Origin: Acidimicrobiia bacterium
GTDB lineage: Bacteria > Actinomycetota > Acidimicrobiia > Spongiisociales > ZC4RG35
DNA length: 64,000 nucleotides
NCBI GenBank assembly: GCA_965216905.1
Contig: OZ244213.1
Coordinates: forward strand, 2,188,089-2,252,088
Reading direction: 5' to 3'
Shown: positions 45,677 through 54,834 of the stretch, piece after piece
Numbering within the stretch: position 1 is the first letter of the stretch
How the letters are laid out: the number at the start of each line of letters is the position of its first letter
Position numbers and translations under genes: made by a program
Notes under the pieces: model-generated
Database searches by the model: none
Told to the model about the DNA's origin: nothing
Seen by the model: the letters and a program-made list of their open reading frames with translations, nothing else

Positions 45677-46987
45677 TCAATCGTCGTAGTACTCGGCGCC
45701 GAGGTGGGTGATCAGGTCCTCGCCCATCCAATGGCGCAGCGTGTTCTTCAGCTTCTTCAACTGGATGAACACGTCGTTCTCGGCATACAGGTCGGGCGCC
45801 GTCTGCGGACTCTTGAAGTAGAAGGACAGCCACTCCTGGATTCCTCGCTTGCCGGCCCGGGCCGCCAAGTCCATGAAGAGGGCCAGGTCGAGCACCAGCG
45901 GTGCCGCCAGGATCGAGTCCTTGCACAGGAAATCGATCTTCACCTGCATCGGATACCCGAGCCATCCGAAGATGTCGATGTTGTCCCAACCCTCCTTGTC
46001 GTCGCCACGGGGTGGGTAGTAGTTGATGCGCACCATGTGATAGAGGTCGCCGTACAGCTCCGGATAAAGCTCGGGCTGGAGAATCTGTTCGAGGACTCCC
46101 AGCTTCGACACCTCTTTGGAGCGGAAGTTCTCGGGGTCGTCGAGGACCTCGCCGTCCCGGTTGCCGAGGATGTTGGTCGAGTACCACCCCCGAATCCCCA
46201 GCATTCGAGTCTTGAAGCCGGGGGCGAGGATCGTCTTCATCAACGTCTGACCGGTCTTGAAGTCCTTGCCGGCGATGGGGACGCCGTGGGCGTCGGCCAG
46301 CTCGACCATCGCCGGGAAGTCGACGGTGAGATTGGGTGCTCCGTTGGCGAACGGGACCCCGGTGAGCATGGCGGCATAGGCGTAGATCTGGCTGGGGGAG
46401 ATGGAGGGATCGTTGTTGGCGAGCCCTTGCTCGAACGCTTCGGCAGAGCGATGGGTCTCGGTCGGCTCGTGAAACGCCTCGGTGGAGCCACACCAGACCA
46501 TCACCAGCCGGCTGCAGTCGTTCTCCGCTCGGAACCGCTCGATGTCTTCGACGATCTGCTCCACGGCTTGGAGGTGGGGGATGTCTCCCTTCACGTGGTT
46601 GGCGTCCTCGAGGCGGCTCACCCACCGAGGTGAGAACACGGCGGGCATGGGGGTGATCGAGCGAAGCTCGTCGCCGACGGCCTCGAGATGGGTGGCCTGC
46701 AACACGCCGGCTTTCATGGCAGCCGCATACGCATCGTCGGGGTAGGGGTCCCAACCTCCGAAGACGAGATCGTCGAGCTGTGCCAGCGGAGCGAACTCAC
46801 GGATCGCCGGGTTTCGGTCGTCGGTGCGTTTGCCCAGGCGGATCCGCCCCATCTGGGTGAGCGATCCGATCGGCGGCGCGAACCCGTTGCGCGCCGCCAG
46901 GACGCCGGCATAGAACGTCGTGGCGACCGCGCCCATACCCGGGGTGAGGATGCCGAGGCGCCCCTCGGCGGGGGAGATGTGTGTCAT
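45677..46987 (-). CDS. ino1: myo-inositol-1-phosphate synthase
   Basis: 436 aa with the NAD-binding Rossmann N-terminus and the conserved GWYSTNILGNRDG / NIDIFGWLGYPM blocks of the actinobacterial/archaeal MIPS. Confidence 0.9.
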   Translation of the reverse strand: MTHISPAEGRLGILTPGMGAVATTFYAGVLAARNGFAPPIGSLTQMGRIRLGKRTDDRNPAIREFAPLAQLDDLVFGGWDPYPDDAYAAAMKAGVLQATHLEAVGDELRSITPMPAVFSPRWVSRLEDANHVKGDIPHLQAVEQIVEDIERFRAENDCSRLVMVWCGSTEAFHEPTETHRSAEAFEQGLANNDPSISPSQIYAYAAMLTGVPFANGAPNLTVDFPAMVELADAHGVPIAGKDFKTGQTLMKTILAPGFKTRMLGIRGWYSTNILGNRDGEVLDDPENFRSKEVSKLGVLEQILQPELYPELYGDLYHMVRINYYPPRGDDKEGWDNIDIFGWLGYPMQVKIDFLCKDSILAAPLVLDLALFMDLAARAGKRGIQEWLSFYFKSPQTAPDLYAENDVFIQLKKLKNTLRHWMGEDLITHLGAEYYDD

Positions 46988-47042
46988 TGCGCGTCGACGT
47001 TACTGGCGGGCGTGACAGAGCGGGACCGTCGGTACCATGAGC

Positions 47043-47117
47043 CCCCGTGTCCGATGACCCCGTATCCGGTGACCCCGTGCCCGATGACCCCGTGCCCGAT
47101 GACCCCTTGCCCGATGA
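47043..47117. repeat. imperfect 15-bp tandem repeat (about 4.5 copies, consensus cccgatgaccccgtg) at the 5' end of CDS 47047..47604
   Basis: Successive units are tccgatgaccccgta, tccggtgaccccgtg, cccgatgaccccgtg, cccgatgaccccttg and cccgatgagtccggc. In frame, they encode (S/P)(D/G)DPV pentapeptides. Confidence 0.85.
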
Positions 47118-47604
47118 GTCCGGCGCCGATGTCTTCGCACTCGGCGGCCCCATGTCCGGCGGGCCGGTCCATCACGACACCGACATCCGCCCGGTCGTCG
47201 ACTTGGCGCTGGTCGCCGATGCCGTGCAGGTGGCCCGGGGGAAGCTGTTCATCCTGGGCGGCGGTTGGAACACGCTGCTGGTTCCCTCCTTCCCGGTGAA
47301 ACACCCGAGCATGGCGGTGGCCGTCCGAGTGCGCATCCCATGGAGTTGGACCGGTCGGCCGATCGATGTGAAGGTCGATCTGGAAGACGGTGACGGTCGG
47401 CGCCTCTTCCCCAACCCGATCCACCAGAAGATCCAGGTTCGGAAGCCGGAGGGTATGCCGGTCGGCTCCGATGTGGTGGTGCCCCGAGCGTTCACGATCT
47501 CGAATCTGACCTTCGAGGCACCCGGCGGGTACGCCTTCGTCATCACGCTCGACGACGTGGTGGCGGAGCGGATTCGTTTCAGCGTCCTCCCGAGACGTTC
47601 GTGA
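47047..47604 (+). CDS. hypothetical protein with N-terminal (P/S)DDPV pentapeptide repeats
   Basis: 185 aa. After the repeats the protein is compositionally ordinary. An alternative start at ATG 47146 would place the repeats in the 5' UTR. Confidence 0.45.
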   Translation: MSDDPVSGDPVPDDPVPDDPLPDESGADVFALGGPMSGGPVHHDTDIRPVVDLALVADAVQVARGKLFILGGGWNTLLVPSFPVKHPSMAVAVRVRIPWSWTGRPIDVKVDLEDGDGRRLFPNPIHQKIQVRKPEGMPVGSDVVVPRAFTISNLTFEAPGGYAFVITLDDVVAERIRFSVLPRRS

Positions 47605-48215
47605 GCGACCGGTTCCGACTGCCCATGTTTCCGCTCGGGGTTGTGGTGTTTCCGTTGACGATGATTCCCCTGCGAGTGTTCGAACCCCGGTATCAACGGC
47701 TCTTGGACACCGCCCTCGCCTCCGACCAGCGGTTCGGAACCGTTCTGATCGAGCGAGGCCTCGAGGTCGGTGGTGGCGACATGCGGTTCGACGCCGGCAC
47801 GCTCGTCGAAGTATTGGCGGTGCAGGAACTCGAGGAAGGCCACCGGGCGATCGCGGTGGCCGGCATCGAACGTATCGAGGTCGTGGAGTGGTTGCCGGAC
47901 GATCCTCACCCGTGGGCAATGGTTCGGCTGTGGCCCGATGACGAGTCGGACGATTCGGTTCGCATCGGTGAGGCGTTGTTGCGGCTCGAGCGGGTGCTGG
48001 CGCTCGCTTCGGAACTCGGCGCCGATGTTGCGGAGATCGACCTGGATGTTTCGGATGATCCTGCGGCTGCCTCCCATCAGCTGTCGGCGCTGGCGCCGAT
48101 CCAGGCGATCGACCGGCTGGGGTTGTTGCGGGCTCGGGACCCGGCGCGGCGGGTAGATCGGCTGATCGAGCTGTTGGAGGACCAGGCCGAGGTCATCAGG
48201 GCTCAGCTCGGATGA
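47601..48215 (+). CDS. LON N-terminal substrate-binding domain protein (stand-alone)
   Basis: LPMFPLGVVVFPLTMIPLRVFEPRYQRLL is the Lon-N/PUA-like motif. ATGA overlap with the previous gene. Confidence 0.7.
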   Translation: MSDRFRLPMFPLGVVVFPLTMIPLRVFEPRYQRLLDTALASDQRFGTVLIERGLEVGGGDMRFDAGTLVEVLAVQELEEGHRAIAVAGIERIEVVEWLPDDPHPWAMVRLWPDDESDDSVRIGEALLRLERVLALASELGADVAEIDLDVSDDPAAASHQLSALAPIQAIDRLGLLRARDPARRVDRLIELLEDQAEVIRAQLG

Positions 48216-48255
48216 GCCCGATGGAGCCGGCGCTCGCCGACGTCGAAGCCACCTC

Positions 48256-49332
48256 ATGAGAGCCATGGTGCTGACCGGCCACGGCGGCTGGGACATGCTC
48301 GAGTATCGGGAAGACGTACCCGACCCCGTGTCCGGGCCGGGGGAAGTCGTGGTGGCCGTCGCCGCATGTGGCGTCAACAACACCGACATCAACACTCGGA
48401 CCGGTTGGTACGCCAAGTCGGTCAGCGCCGGAACCGGATCGGCCGGCGTCGAAGGCGACGAGGATGGATCGTGGGGAGGCGGTCTGACCTTCCCGCGCAT
48501 CCAGGGCGCCGACCCGGTCGGTCGGATCTCCGACGTGGGTCCGGGTGTCGACCAGGACCGGATCGGACAGCGAGTGATCGTCGACCCGTGGATTCGTGGC
48601 GCCGCACTCGGTGAGGCCCGATATCTGGGCTCGGAGGTCGACGGCGGATACGCCGAGTTCGTGAAGGTTCCGGCCGAGAATGCCATTCCGATCAGGGCTG
48701 GGTTGACCGACGTCGAGCTCGCCGGTTTTGCGTGTTCGTACGGGACGGCCGAGCACATGCTCCATCGAGCCGGCGTGGCGCCCGGACAGTGGCTGCTCGT
48801 CACCGGTGCGTCGGGCGGAGTGGGTGGAGCGCTGGTTCAGCTCGGCCGGCGGCGCGGAGCTCGGGTGGCGGCGATCACCAGCCTTGGCAAGGCAGATCAG
48901 GTACGGGACCTCGGCGCGGAAGTCGTCATCGACCGCGCCGACCCGAACCTCGCGGCGCAGGTCTTCGACACCACCGGCGGTGTCGACATCATTGCCGATG
49001 TCGTCGGGGGGCGTTGGTTCGCCCCGCTGTTGGAGACGCTCCGTCGAGGTGGCCACTACACGACCGCCGGAGCGATCGCCGGACCGGTGGTGGACCTGGA
49101 TCTGCGCACCCTGTATCTCAACGATCTCACCATGCATGGAGCCACGGTGGTGCCGCCAGGGGTGTTCCGGGAACTGGTGCAGGCCATCGAGCGGGGAGAG
49201 GTTCGGCCGGTGATCGCCGCCACCTTTGAGCTCCCGGACCTCGTCGCCGCCCAGCAGGCGTTTATGGAGAAGGCTCACGTCGGGAAGATCGTCGTGCGGG
49301 TCGGCGAGGTCGGCGGCGGGTCGCCGTCTTGA
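48256..49332 (+). CDS. zinc-binding MDR-family alcohol dehydrogenase/quinone oxidoreductase
   Basis: GVNNTDINTRTG, and GASGGVGGALVQL NAD(P)-binding motif. Confidence 0.8.
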   Translation: MRAMVLTGHGGWDMLEYREDVPDPVSGPGEVVVAVAACGVNNTDINTRTGWYAKSVSAGTGSAGVEGDEDGSWGGGLTFPRIQGADPVGRISDVGPGVDQDRIGQRVIVDPWIRGAALGEARYLGSEVDGGYAEFVKVPAENAIPIRAGLTDVELAGFACSYGTAEHMLHRAGVAPGQWLLVTGASGGVGGALVQLGRRRGARVAAITSLGKADQVRDLGAEVVIDRADPNLAAQVFDTTGGVDIIADVVGGRWFAPLLETLRRGGHYTTAGAIAGPVVDLDLRTLYLNDLTMHGATVVPPGVFRELVQAIERGEVRPVIAATFELPDLVAAQQAFMEKAHVGKIVVRVGEVGGGSPS

Positions 49333-49375
49333 AGCCGTAGCGGCTGGCGGGAGAAGGCAGCCGGCGAGGCGACGA

Positions 49376-49819
49376 TCAGCTGAGGTCGCGACTGGTTCCG
49401 ATTCGCAGGCGGGCCGGGGATTCGGTGGTGATCACTTCGACGGAGACTCCGGTCCGAATCTCGGATCGGAGCTGACGGTCGACGAGCACGACCGGCACCG
49501 AGCGGTCGTACAGCGACACCGCCACCGCAACTCCCATCACGATGATCTCGTCCGGCTCATCGAGGAGGATGGCGGCCGGACCGGTTCCCGCCCTGATCGA
49601 CTCGGCGAGGACGGAAGAGCCGGAGCTCGAGCCCCGCCCACGGGGCATCACGACGATGCGGCCGGCGATCGAGCGGCCACATTGAGGGTGGCGTCGATCG
49701 ATGATTCGGCCCGTGGTGGCGTCCAGACCACCCCAGAAGCTCAACGGCTCGTCCAATATCAGAGTCGTCCCGCCGGCTCGTCCCGGGACCAGCACCCGGA
49801 GGCGGCTCATCGGGACCAT
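49376..49819 (-). CDS. aconitase X swivel-domain subunit (DUF126)
   Basis: LDEPLSFWGGLDATTG...IVVMPRGRGSSSGSSVL. Overlaps the upstream large subunit by 13 nt. Confidence 0.65.
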   Translation of the reverse strand: MVPMSRLRVLVPGRAGGTTLILDEPLSFWGGLDATTGRIIDRRHPQCGRSIAGRIVVMPRGRGSSSGSSVLAESIRAGTGPAAILLDEPDEIIVMGVAVAVSLYDRSVPVVLVDRQLRSEIRTGVSVEVITTESPARLRIGTSRDLS

Positions 49820-51078
49820 GCTTGGTCGTCTCGCACGATCCGGCCCGCCACGGCGGATTCCACGCAGTCCTCGAGCGTGCCGAAGGCTACGTCGAGGCCC
49901 AAGTTGCCCGGTGCGTAATACGCCCATTTCCCGGAATCGGTCATCGCCACCCCGGTCACGCCTTCGATGATCGGTGTGATGTAGGTACAGGTGTCGGTCA
50001 CGATCCGCACCCCGCTCGACTCGAGCGCGTCATCGAGTCGAGCCTTCGCTGCGTCGGCCAGGACATCTCGGCCGGTGGAGACGTAGACCGACACGTCGGG
50101 GTGAACCCGGCGACCGGCCAGTGCACGCACGAGTGCCTGGAGCTGATTCAGCGAGTAGTGAGGTGTACCCAGGCTGACCGTACCGAGCCGGCCGGTGGCG
50201 GTGGTGGCGGTCGTCAGGCGGTCGCGGGCGTCGAGAACGTCGTCGATGGTGACGGTGACGAAGTCGGCGATCGGAGTGCCACCGGAGGCGGCGTCGAGGG
50301 TGGGCGCCTCCGGCGTGCGGCCGACGGCATGGAACATGGCAACACTGCCAGAAGATGCCGCCGCCGCACCGAGCGCCTTGAGCTGATCCTCGGACGCATC
50401 GGGTGGAATGCCGACGATGGCGGGGAGGCGGCTGCCGGCCCGCTTGCCGATGAGAAACCCGAGTACCGGATAGAAAGCACTCCGCTGGCGCATCGCCGGA
50501 GGGAGGGTGGACAGATCGAACACCACCTGGGCGCGGCGTTCGGCCTCGACATGGAGGCCGGCGTCGGGAACGACGCCGGTGATGGCGGCGGCGATGTCGA
50601 CGAAGTCTCCATAGCGGTGCGTCCGGGCACCCAGCACCGAGTTGGCGAACACGATCGCATTCGACTCGGCCCATGCGACGTGATCGCCCACGCCGGGCCG
50701 GTCACCGAGTTGGTACGGGGCACAGGTCCAGGTCGGCCGGCAGCCCAGCGCGACGTATGCATCCATCAGCCGGCGTGCCTCAGACGCGGTCTCCGGATCC
50801 CCGCGGTAGAGGTCCGGATGGAGGAGGTCGAGCGAGGAGACGTTGAGGGTCGTCGGGACGCGGACCTGGGCGCCACCTTCCACGAGCCGGCGTGCGTAGT
50901 CGAGTGTGACGGGGCCGTGGTAGAGGCAGGAGTCGATGTGGGCGCCGACGATCGGACGGAGGCGCTCGGCGCCCATCACCTCGGCCAGCGTGACGATGAG
51001 GCGCATCGCCTCCCGGGCGCCGTCGCCGGCGGCGCCATCGAGCATCGAGCGCTGCTCGTGCGAGAGCGAAACGGTCAT
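49807..51078 (-). CDS. aconitase X catalytic subunit (DUF521; hydro-lyase family)
   Basis: 423 aa with the DUF521 conserved Cys/His-rich blocks (CAPYQLG, YITPIIEG). Confidence 0.7.
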   Translation of the reverse strand: MTVSLSHEQRSMLDGAAGDGAREAMRLIVTLAEVMGAERLRPIVGAHIDSCLYHGPVTLDYARRLVEGGAQVRVPTTLNVSSLDLLHPDLYRGDPETASEARRLMDAYVALGCRPTWTCAPYQLGDRPGVGDHVAWAESNAIVFANSVLGARTHRYGDFVDIAAAITGVVPDAGLHVEAERRAQVVFDLSTLPPAMRQRSAFYPVLGFLIGKRAGSRLPAIVGIPPDASEDQLKALGAAAASSGSVAMFHAVGRTPEAPTLDAASGGTPIADFVTVTIDDVLDARDRLTTATTATGRLGTVSLGTPHYSLNQLQALVRALAGRRVHPDVSVYVSTGRDVLADAAKARLDDALESSGVRIVTDTCTYITPIIEGVTGVAMTDSGKWAYYAPGNLGLDVAFGTLEDCVESAVAGRIVRDDQAWSR

Positions 51079-51158
51079 GGCGGGATGATCTCACGACATG
51101 AACAGGGTGGTCCACCGACGAAGGCGCGGCGGCAGACGGTCGACCTAGGGTTTCCACG

Positions 51159-51512
51159 ATGGATCGGTCGACGGAACGACTGGTGGAGCTGGAGTGGTCG
51201 TTGTGGTCGTCCGGACCGAGGTCCGACGTCGGATATCTCGACCGGGTGCTCGCCGAGGACTTCCTCGAGTTCGGTCGGTCCGGCCGGACCTACGACCGGG
51301 CGAGCATCATGGCCGACACGCCGGTGGAGATCGATGCCGATCTCGACGACCTGAGCGTGCGATTGCTGTCCCAAGACGTTGCGCTGGTCACCTATCGATC
51401 CATCCTGCGGCATCGAACCGCGGCGCAGGTCTCCAACCGGGCCTCCGTGTGGCGTCACGACGGAGATCGGTGGCGGCTCGAGTTCCACCAGGGCACACCG
51501 ACCACGCCGTGA
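51159..51512 (+). CDS. SnoaL-like/NTF2-fold (DUF4440-like) protein
   Basis: 117 aa. Cone-shaped alpha+beta pattern. Confidence 0.45.
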   Translation: MDRSTERLVELEWSLWSSGPRSDVGYLDRVLAEDFLEFGRSGRTYDRASIMADTPVEIDADLDDLSVRLLSQDVALVTYRSILRHRTAAQVSNRASVWRHDGDRWRLEFHQGTPTTP

Positions 51513-51527
51513 TCGGCCTCCGCTCCG

Positions 51528-53972
51528 TCACATCCGAACTCGTTCACTTCGAGGGTCGTAGAAGGAGCGAATGGACGCGGTGGCCGGGACCCGCACGGCT
51601 GCAACCTCGATCTCGAAGCTACCGGCGTCGATCCATTCACGGTCCACGCCGTCGTCATCGGAGACGTAACCCATGGCCAGGCACCGGTCCTGGGTGTAGC
51701 TCCACATGCCGGATGTGGTTCGCCCGACCATCCGGCCGTCTCGATAGATCGGCTCGTCGTGATAGAGGAGACGCTCGGGATCCTCGAGCCGGAACTGCAG
51801 GAGCCGCCGAGTCCTCGGCATCGTTCGCAGGTCCATCAGTGCATCGCGACCGCGGAAGTCGCCCGGCTTGTCCCAGGCGACTGCAAAGCCCAGCCCCGCC
51901 TCGAGGGGGGTGTCCTCGTCCGTGATGTCGTGCCCCCAGTGCCGGTATCCGGCCTCGAGGCGCAGCGAGTTCATGGCGTGGTAGCCGGCGTGTCGAAGCC
52001 CGACGGCTTGCCCGGCCTCCACGATCGCGTCGTGCAGGGATGCCGCCTGGTCGGAGGCGATGTACAACTCCCACCCCAGCTCGCCGACGTAGCTCATGCG
52101 CAAAGCCAGGACGTCGTGACCGGCGACGGTCATCGGCCGGGCGGTCCCGAACGGGAACGATGGATCGTCGAGTGCGGCTTCGGAGAGGGGGGCGAGGAGC
52201 GTGCGCGATTCCGGCCCCATCACCCCGAGGATCGCCGTCGCGACCGTGTGCTCGGTGATCTCGACGTCGAAGCCGCGTGCCGACCGTCGAAGGAACGATT
52301 CGTCCCGCACGGGAGCCGCCGCGCCCGATACGACCATGAACCGGTCCTCGTCGAGCCGCGTGACCGTCACATCGGCCTCGATGCCGCCCCGGTCGTTGAG
52401 CCACTGGGTGTAGACGACCCTTCCGACCTCGCCCACGACCGAGCCCGCCGAGATCCAGTCGAGCAGCGATGCGGCCCCCGGTCCCTGAACGTCGAAGGTC
52501 ACGAACGATGTCTGGTCGAACAGCCCCACGGCCTGGCGAACGGCGCGGCACTCCCGGCCGCAGGAGTCGAACCAGTTCTGTTTGCCGTACGAGTACACGT
52601 AGTGGCGGTCGGCGCCCGCGCTCGCGAACCAGTTGGGCCGCTCCCATCCGGCGGTTTGCCCGAAGACCGCCCCGGCACCCTCCAGGCGGTCGTGCAGAGG
52701 TGACCGCCTGATGTCGCGACCATGATCATATTGTCGGAACGGCCAGTGCATCGCATAGAGCAACCCGAGACTCTCAGGGATTCGCTCGGTCAGGAACGAT
52801 CGGCTCGATTCGTGGGGGAGGGCCCGCCGGATGTCCACGGGCCACAGGTCCATCGGTGGGTGCCCGTCGACGATCCAGTCGGCCAGCACCCATCCGACTC
52901 CACCGGCAGATTGGATTCCGACCGAGTTGAAGCCGGCTGCGACGAAGCACCGATCCACCTCGGGCGACTCGCCCAGGTAGTACACGCCGTCGGGCGTGAA
53001 CGCCTCCGGCCCATTGAAGAACAGATGGATCCCGGCGTCGGCCAGTACCGGCATTCGGTGAATGGCGCGCTCGAAGATCGGACCGACATGGTCCCAGTCC
53101 TCGGCGAGCGTCCCGAAGCTGAAGTCTCGCGGAATGCCGTCCGGTCGCCACACCTTGCCGCGTGGTTCGAAGAACCCGGCCATGATCTTCCCGGTCTCCT
53201 CCTTGAAGTACGTGTAGTTGGTGGGGTCGCGGAGGGTGGGCATGCCGGCTGCCATGCCCTCGATGGGCTCGGTGACGATGTAGAAGTGCTCGCACGCCTG
53301 GAGTGGGACGTTGACGCCGGCGGTGGCGGCCAGGTGCCGCGTCCACATGCCGGCCGCCAGCACGACGGTCTCGGACTCCACGGGTCCCACCTCGGTCTCG
53401 ACGCCGACGATCCGCCCATGTTCGACGCGTAGACCTTCGACGGCGACCCCTTCGACGATGCGAACGCCCATGTCCTTGGCGCCCTTGGCCAGCGCCATGG
53501 TGGTGTCGACCGGGCTCGTCTGTCCGTCTCCGGGAATGGCGACGGCACCGATGAGGTCCTCGGTGTTGAGGAAAGGCCAAGACTCGGCGGCCTCGTCGAG
53601 GTCGATCTGCCGCATCTCGACGCCCACGGTTCGCGCCATCGACATCCCTCGCAGAATCTCTTCCCAGCGCTCGGGATCGGAGGCCACCGAAATGGAACCG
53701 GTTCGCCGGTAACCGGTCGCCTGGCCGGTCTCGGCTTCGAGCGACTCGAAGAGCCGGGCCGAGTAGGTGGCGAGCCGCGTCAACGAGTGGGACGACTTGA
53801 GTTGGGAAACGAGTCCGGCCGCGTGCCAGGTCGTGCCACCGGTCAGCCGGCCCTGCTCGATCAGCAGGACATCGCTCAGGCCGCGCTGGGCGAGGTGGTA
53901 GGCGGTGCTGCATCCGATGATGCCTCCCCCGACGATGACGATCTCGGCTCGGTCCGGGAGCCCGGTTGGCAT
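51528..53972 (-). CDS. dimethylglycine/sarcosine dehydrogenase-family flavoenzyme (FAD DAO domain fused to GcvT-like folate-binding domain)
   Basis: N-terminal GGGIIGCSTAYHLA FAD motif. C-terminal aminomethyltransferase fold (YVGELGWELY). Confidence 0.9.
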   Translation of the reverse strand: MPTGLPDRAEIVIVGGGIIGCSTAYHLAQRGLSDVLLIEQGRLTGGTTWHAAGLVSQLKSSHSLTRLATYSARLFESLEAETGQATGYRRTGSISVASDPERWEEILRGMSMARTVGVEMRQIDLDEAAESWPFLNTEDLIGAVAIPGDGQTSPVDTTMALAKGAKDMGVRIVEGVAVEGLRVEHGRIVGVETEVGPVESETVVLAAGMWTRHLAATAGVNVPLQACEHFYIVTEPIEGMAAGMPTLRDPTNYTYFKEETGKIMAGFFEPRGKVWRPDGIPRDFSFGTLAEDWDHVGPIFERAIHRMPVLADAGIHLFFNGPEAFTPDGVYYLGESPEVDRCFVAAGFNSVGIQSAGGVGWVLADWIVDGHPPMDLWPVDIRRALPHESSRSFLTERIPESLGLLYAMHWPFRQYDHGRDIRRSPLHDRLEGAGAVFGQTAGWERPNWFASAGADRHYVYSYGKQNWFDSCGRECRAVRQAVGLFDQTSFVTFDVQGPGAASLLDWISAGSVVGEVGRVVYTQWLNDRGGIEADVTVTRLDEDRFMVVSGAAAPVRDESFLRRSARGFDVEITEHTVATAILGVMGPESRTLLAPLSEAALDDPSFPFGTARPMTVAGHDVLALRMSYVGELGWELYIASDQAASLHDAIVEAGQAVGLRHAGYHAMNSLRLEAGYRHWGHDITDEDTPLEAGLGFAVAWDKPGDFRGRDALMDLRTMPRTRRLLQFRLEDPERLLYHDEPIYRDGRMVGRTTSGMWSYTQDRCLAMGYVSDDDGVDREWIDAGSFEIEVAAVRVPATASIRSFYDPRSERVRM

Positions 53973-54087
53973 CTTGATCCTTCCTTCGATTGGTATTCGG
54001 TCTCTGTCGTTCCGCCTACCGGAACGTTCTGGTCAGTAGGGTGCCGGGCAGGAGGGAGTGTGGAGTCCGCGAATCAGCGAGGTGACC

Positions 54088-54834
54088 ATGCAGGCGATCG
54101 AGCGTGCCTTTGCCGTCCTGCGAGCCGTTCGCGCCGCCTCCGGGAACGTCGGGGTCGGTGCGGTCGCTCGTGCGACCGGGCTTCCGAAGAGCACGGTGTC
54201 TCGCCTGCTCGCCAGTCTCGAAGCGGTCGACGCAGTCGAGCGAGTGGGCGACACCGGTCGGTACGCAATCTCCACCGGGCTGGCGGCGCTGGCCGGTGGG
54301 GCGACGTCGATCAGCTCGCTGCGCGACTTGGTGCGACCGGTGCTTCGGGACCTGGTTGAGGAGTTGGACGAGAGCGCGGGGCTCACCGTCGAAGACGGCG
54401 GTGGCGCCTTGTACGTCGATCACGTTGCTCCCGACACTGCCGTCATGACACGAGATTGGACGGGGATGCGGTTTCCGTTCCACACGGTCGCCGGCGGGTT
54501 GGCGACCATGACGACCTGGTCGGATTCCCAGATCGCCGAGTATGCGGCGCCGGGTCTGGATCGGTTCACCGACCGGACGATCGCCACCTTCGACACGCTG
54601 CGGCAGCGACTGCTCGGAGCCCGTCGGAGCGGATATGTCTGGACGCTGGGAGAGTTCGACGAAGAGATCAATGGTGTCGGTGCACCGATCCGTGACGGCG
54701 AGGGGACTGCCATCGCCGCCGTCACCGTCTACGGACCCGGCTATCGATTCCCGGGCAATCGCGATCCGGACGCGGTGGGCCGACTGGTCCGCGAGGCCGC
54801 CCAACGTGTGGAACGCCTCCATCACCGCGTGTGA
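54088..54834 (+). CDS. IclR-family transcriptional regulator
   Basis: HTH (VGAVARATGLPKSTVSRLLASL) plus IclR effector domain. Divergent from the DMGDH gene. Confidence 0.8.
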   Translation: MQAIERAFAVLRAVRAASGNVGVGAVARATGLPKSTVSRLLASLEAVDAVERVGDTGRYAISTGLAALAGGATSISSLRDLVRPVLRDLVEELDESAGLTVEDGGGALYVDHVAPDTAVMTRDWTGMRFPFHTVAGGLATMTTWSDSQIAEYAAPGLDRFTDRTIATFDTLRQRLLGARRSGYVWTLGEFDEEINGVGAPIRDGEGTAIAAVTVYGPGYRFPGNRDPDAVGRLVREAAQRVERLHHRV

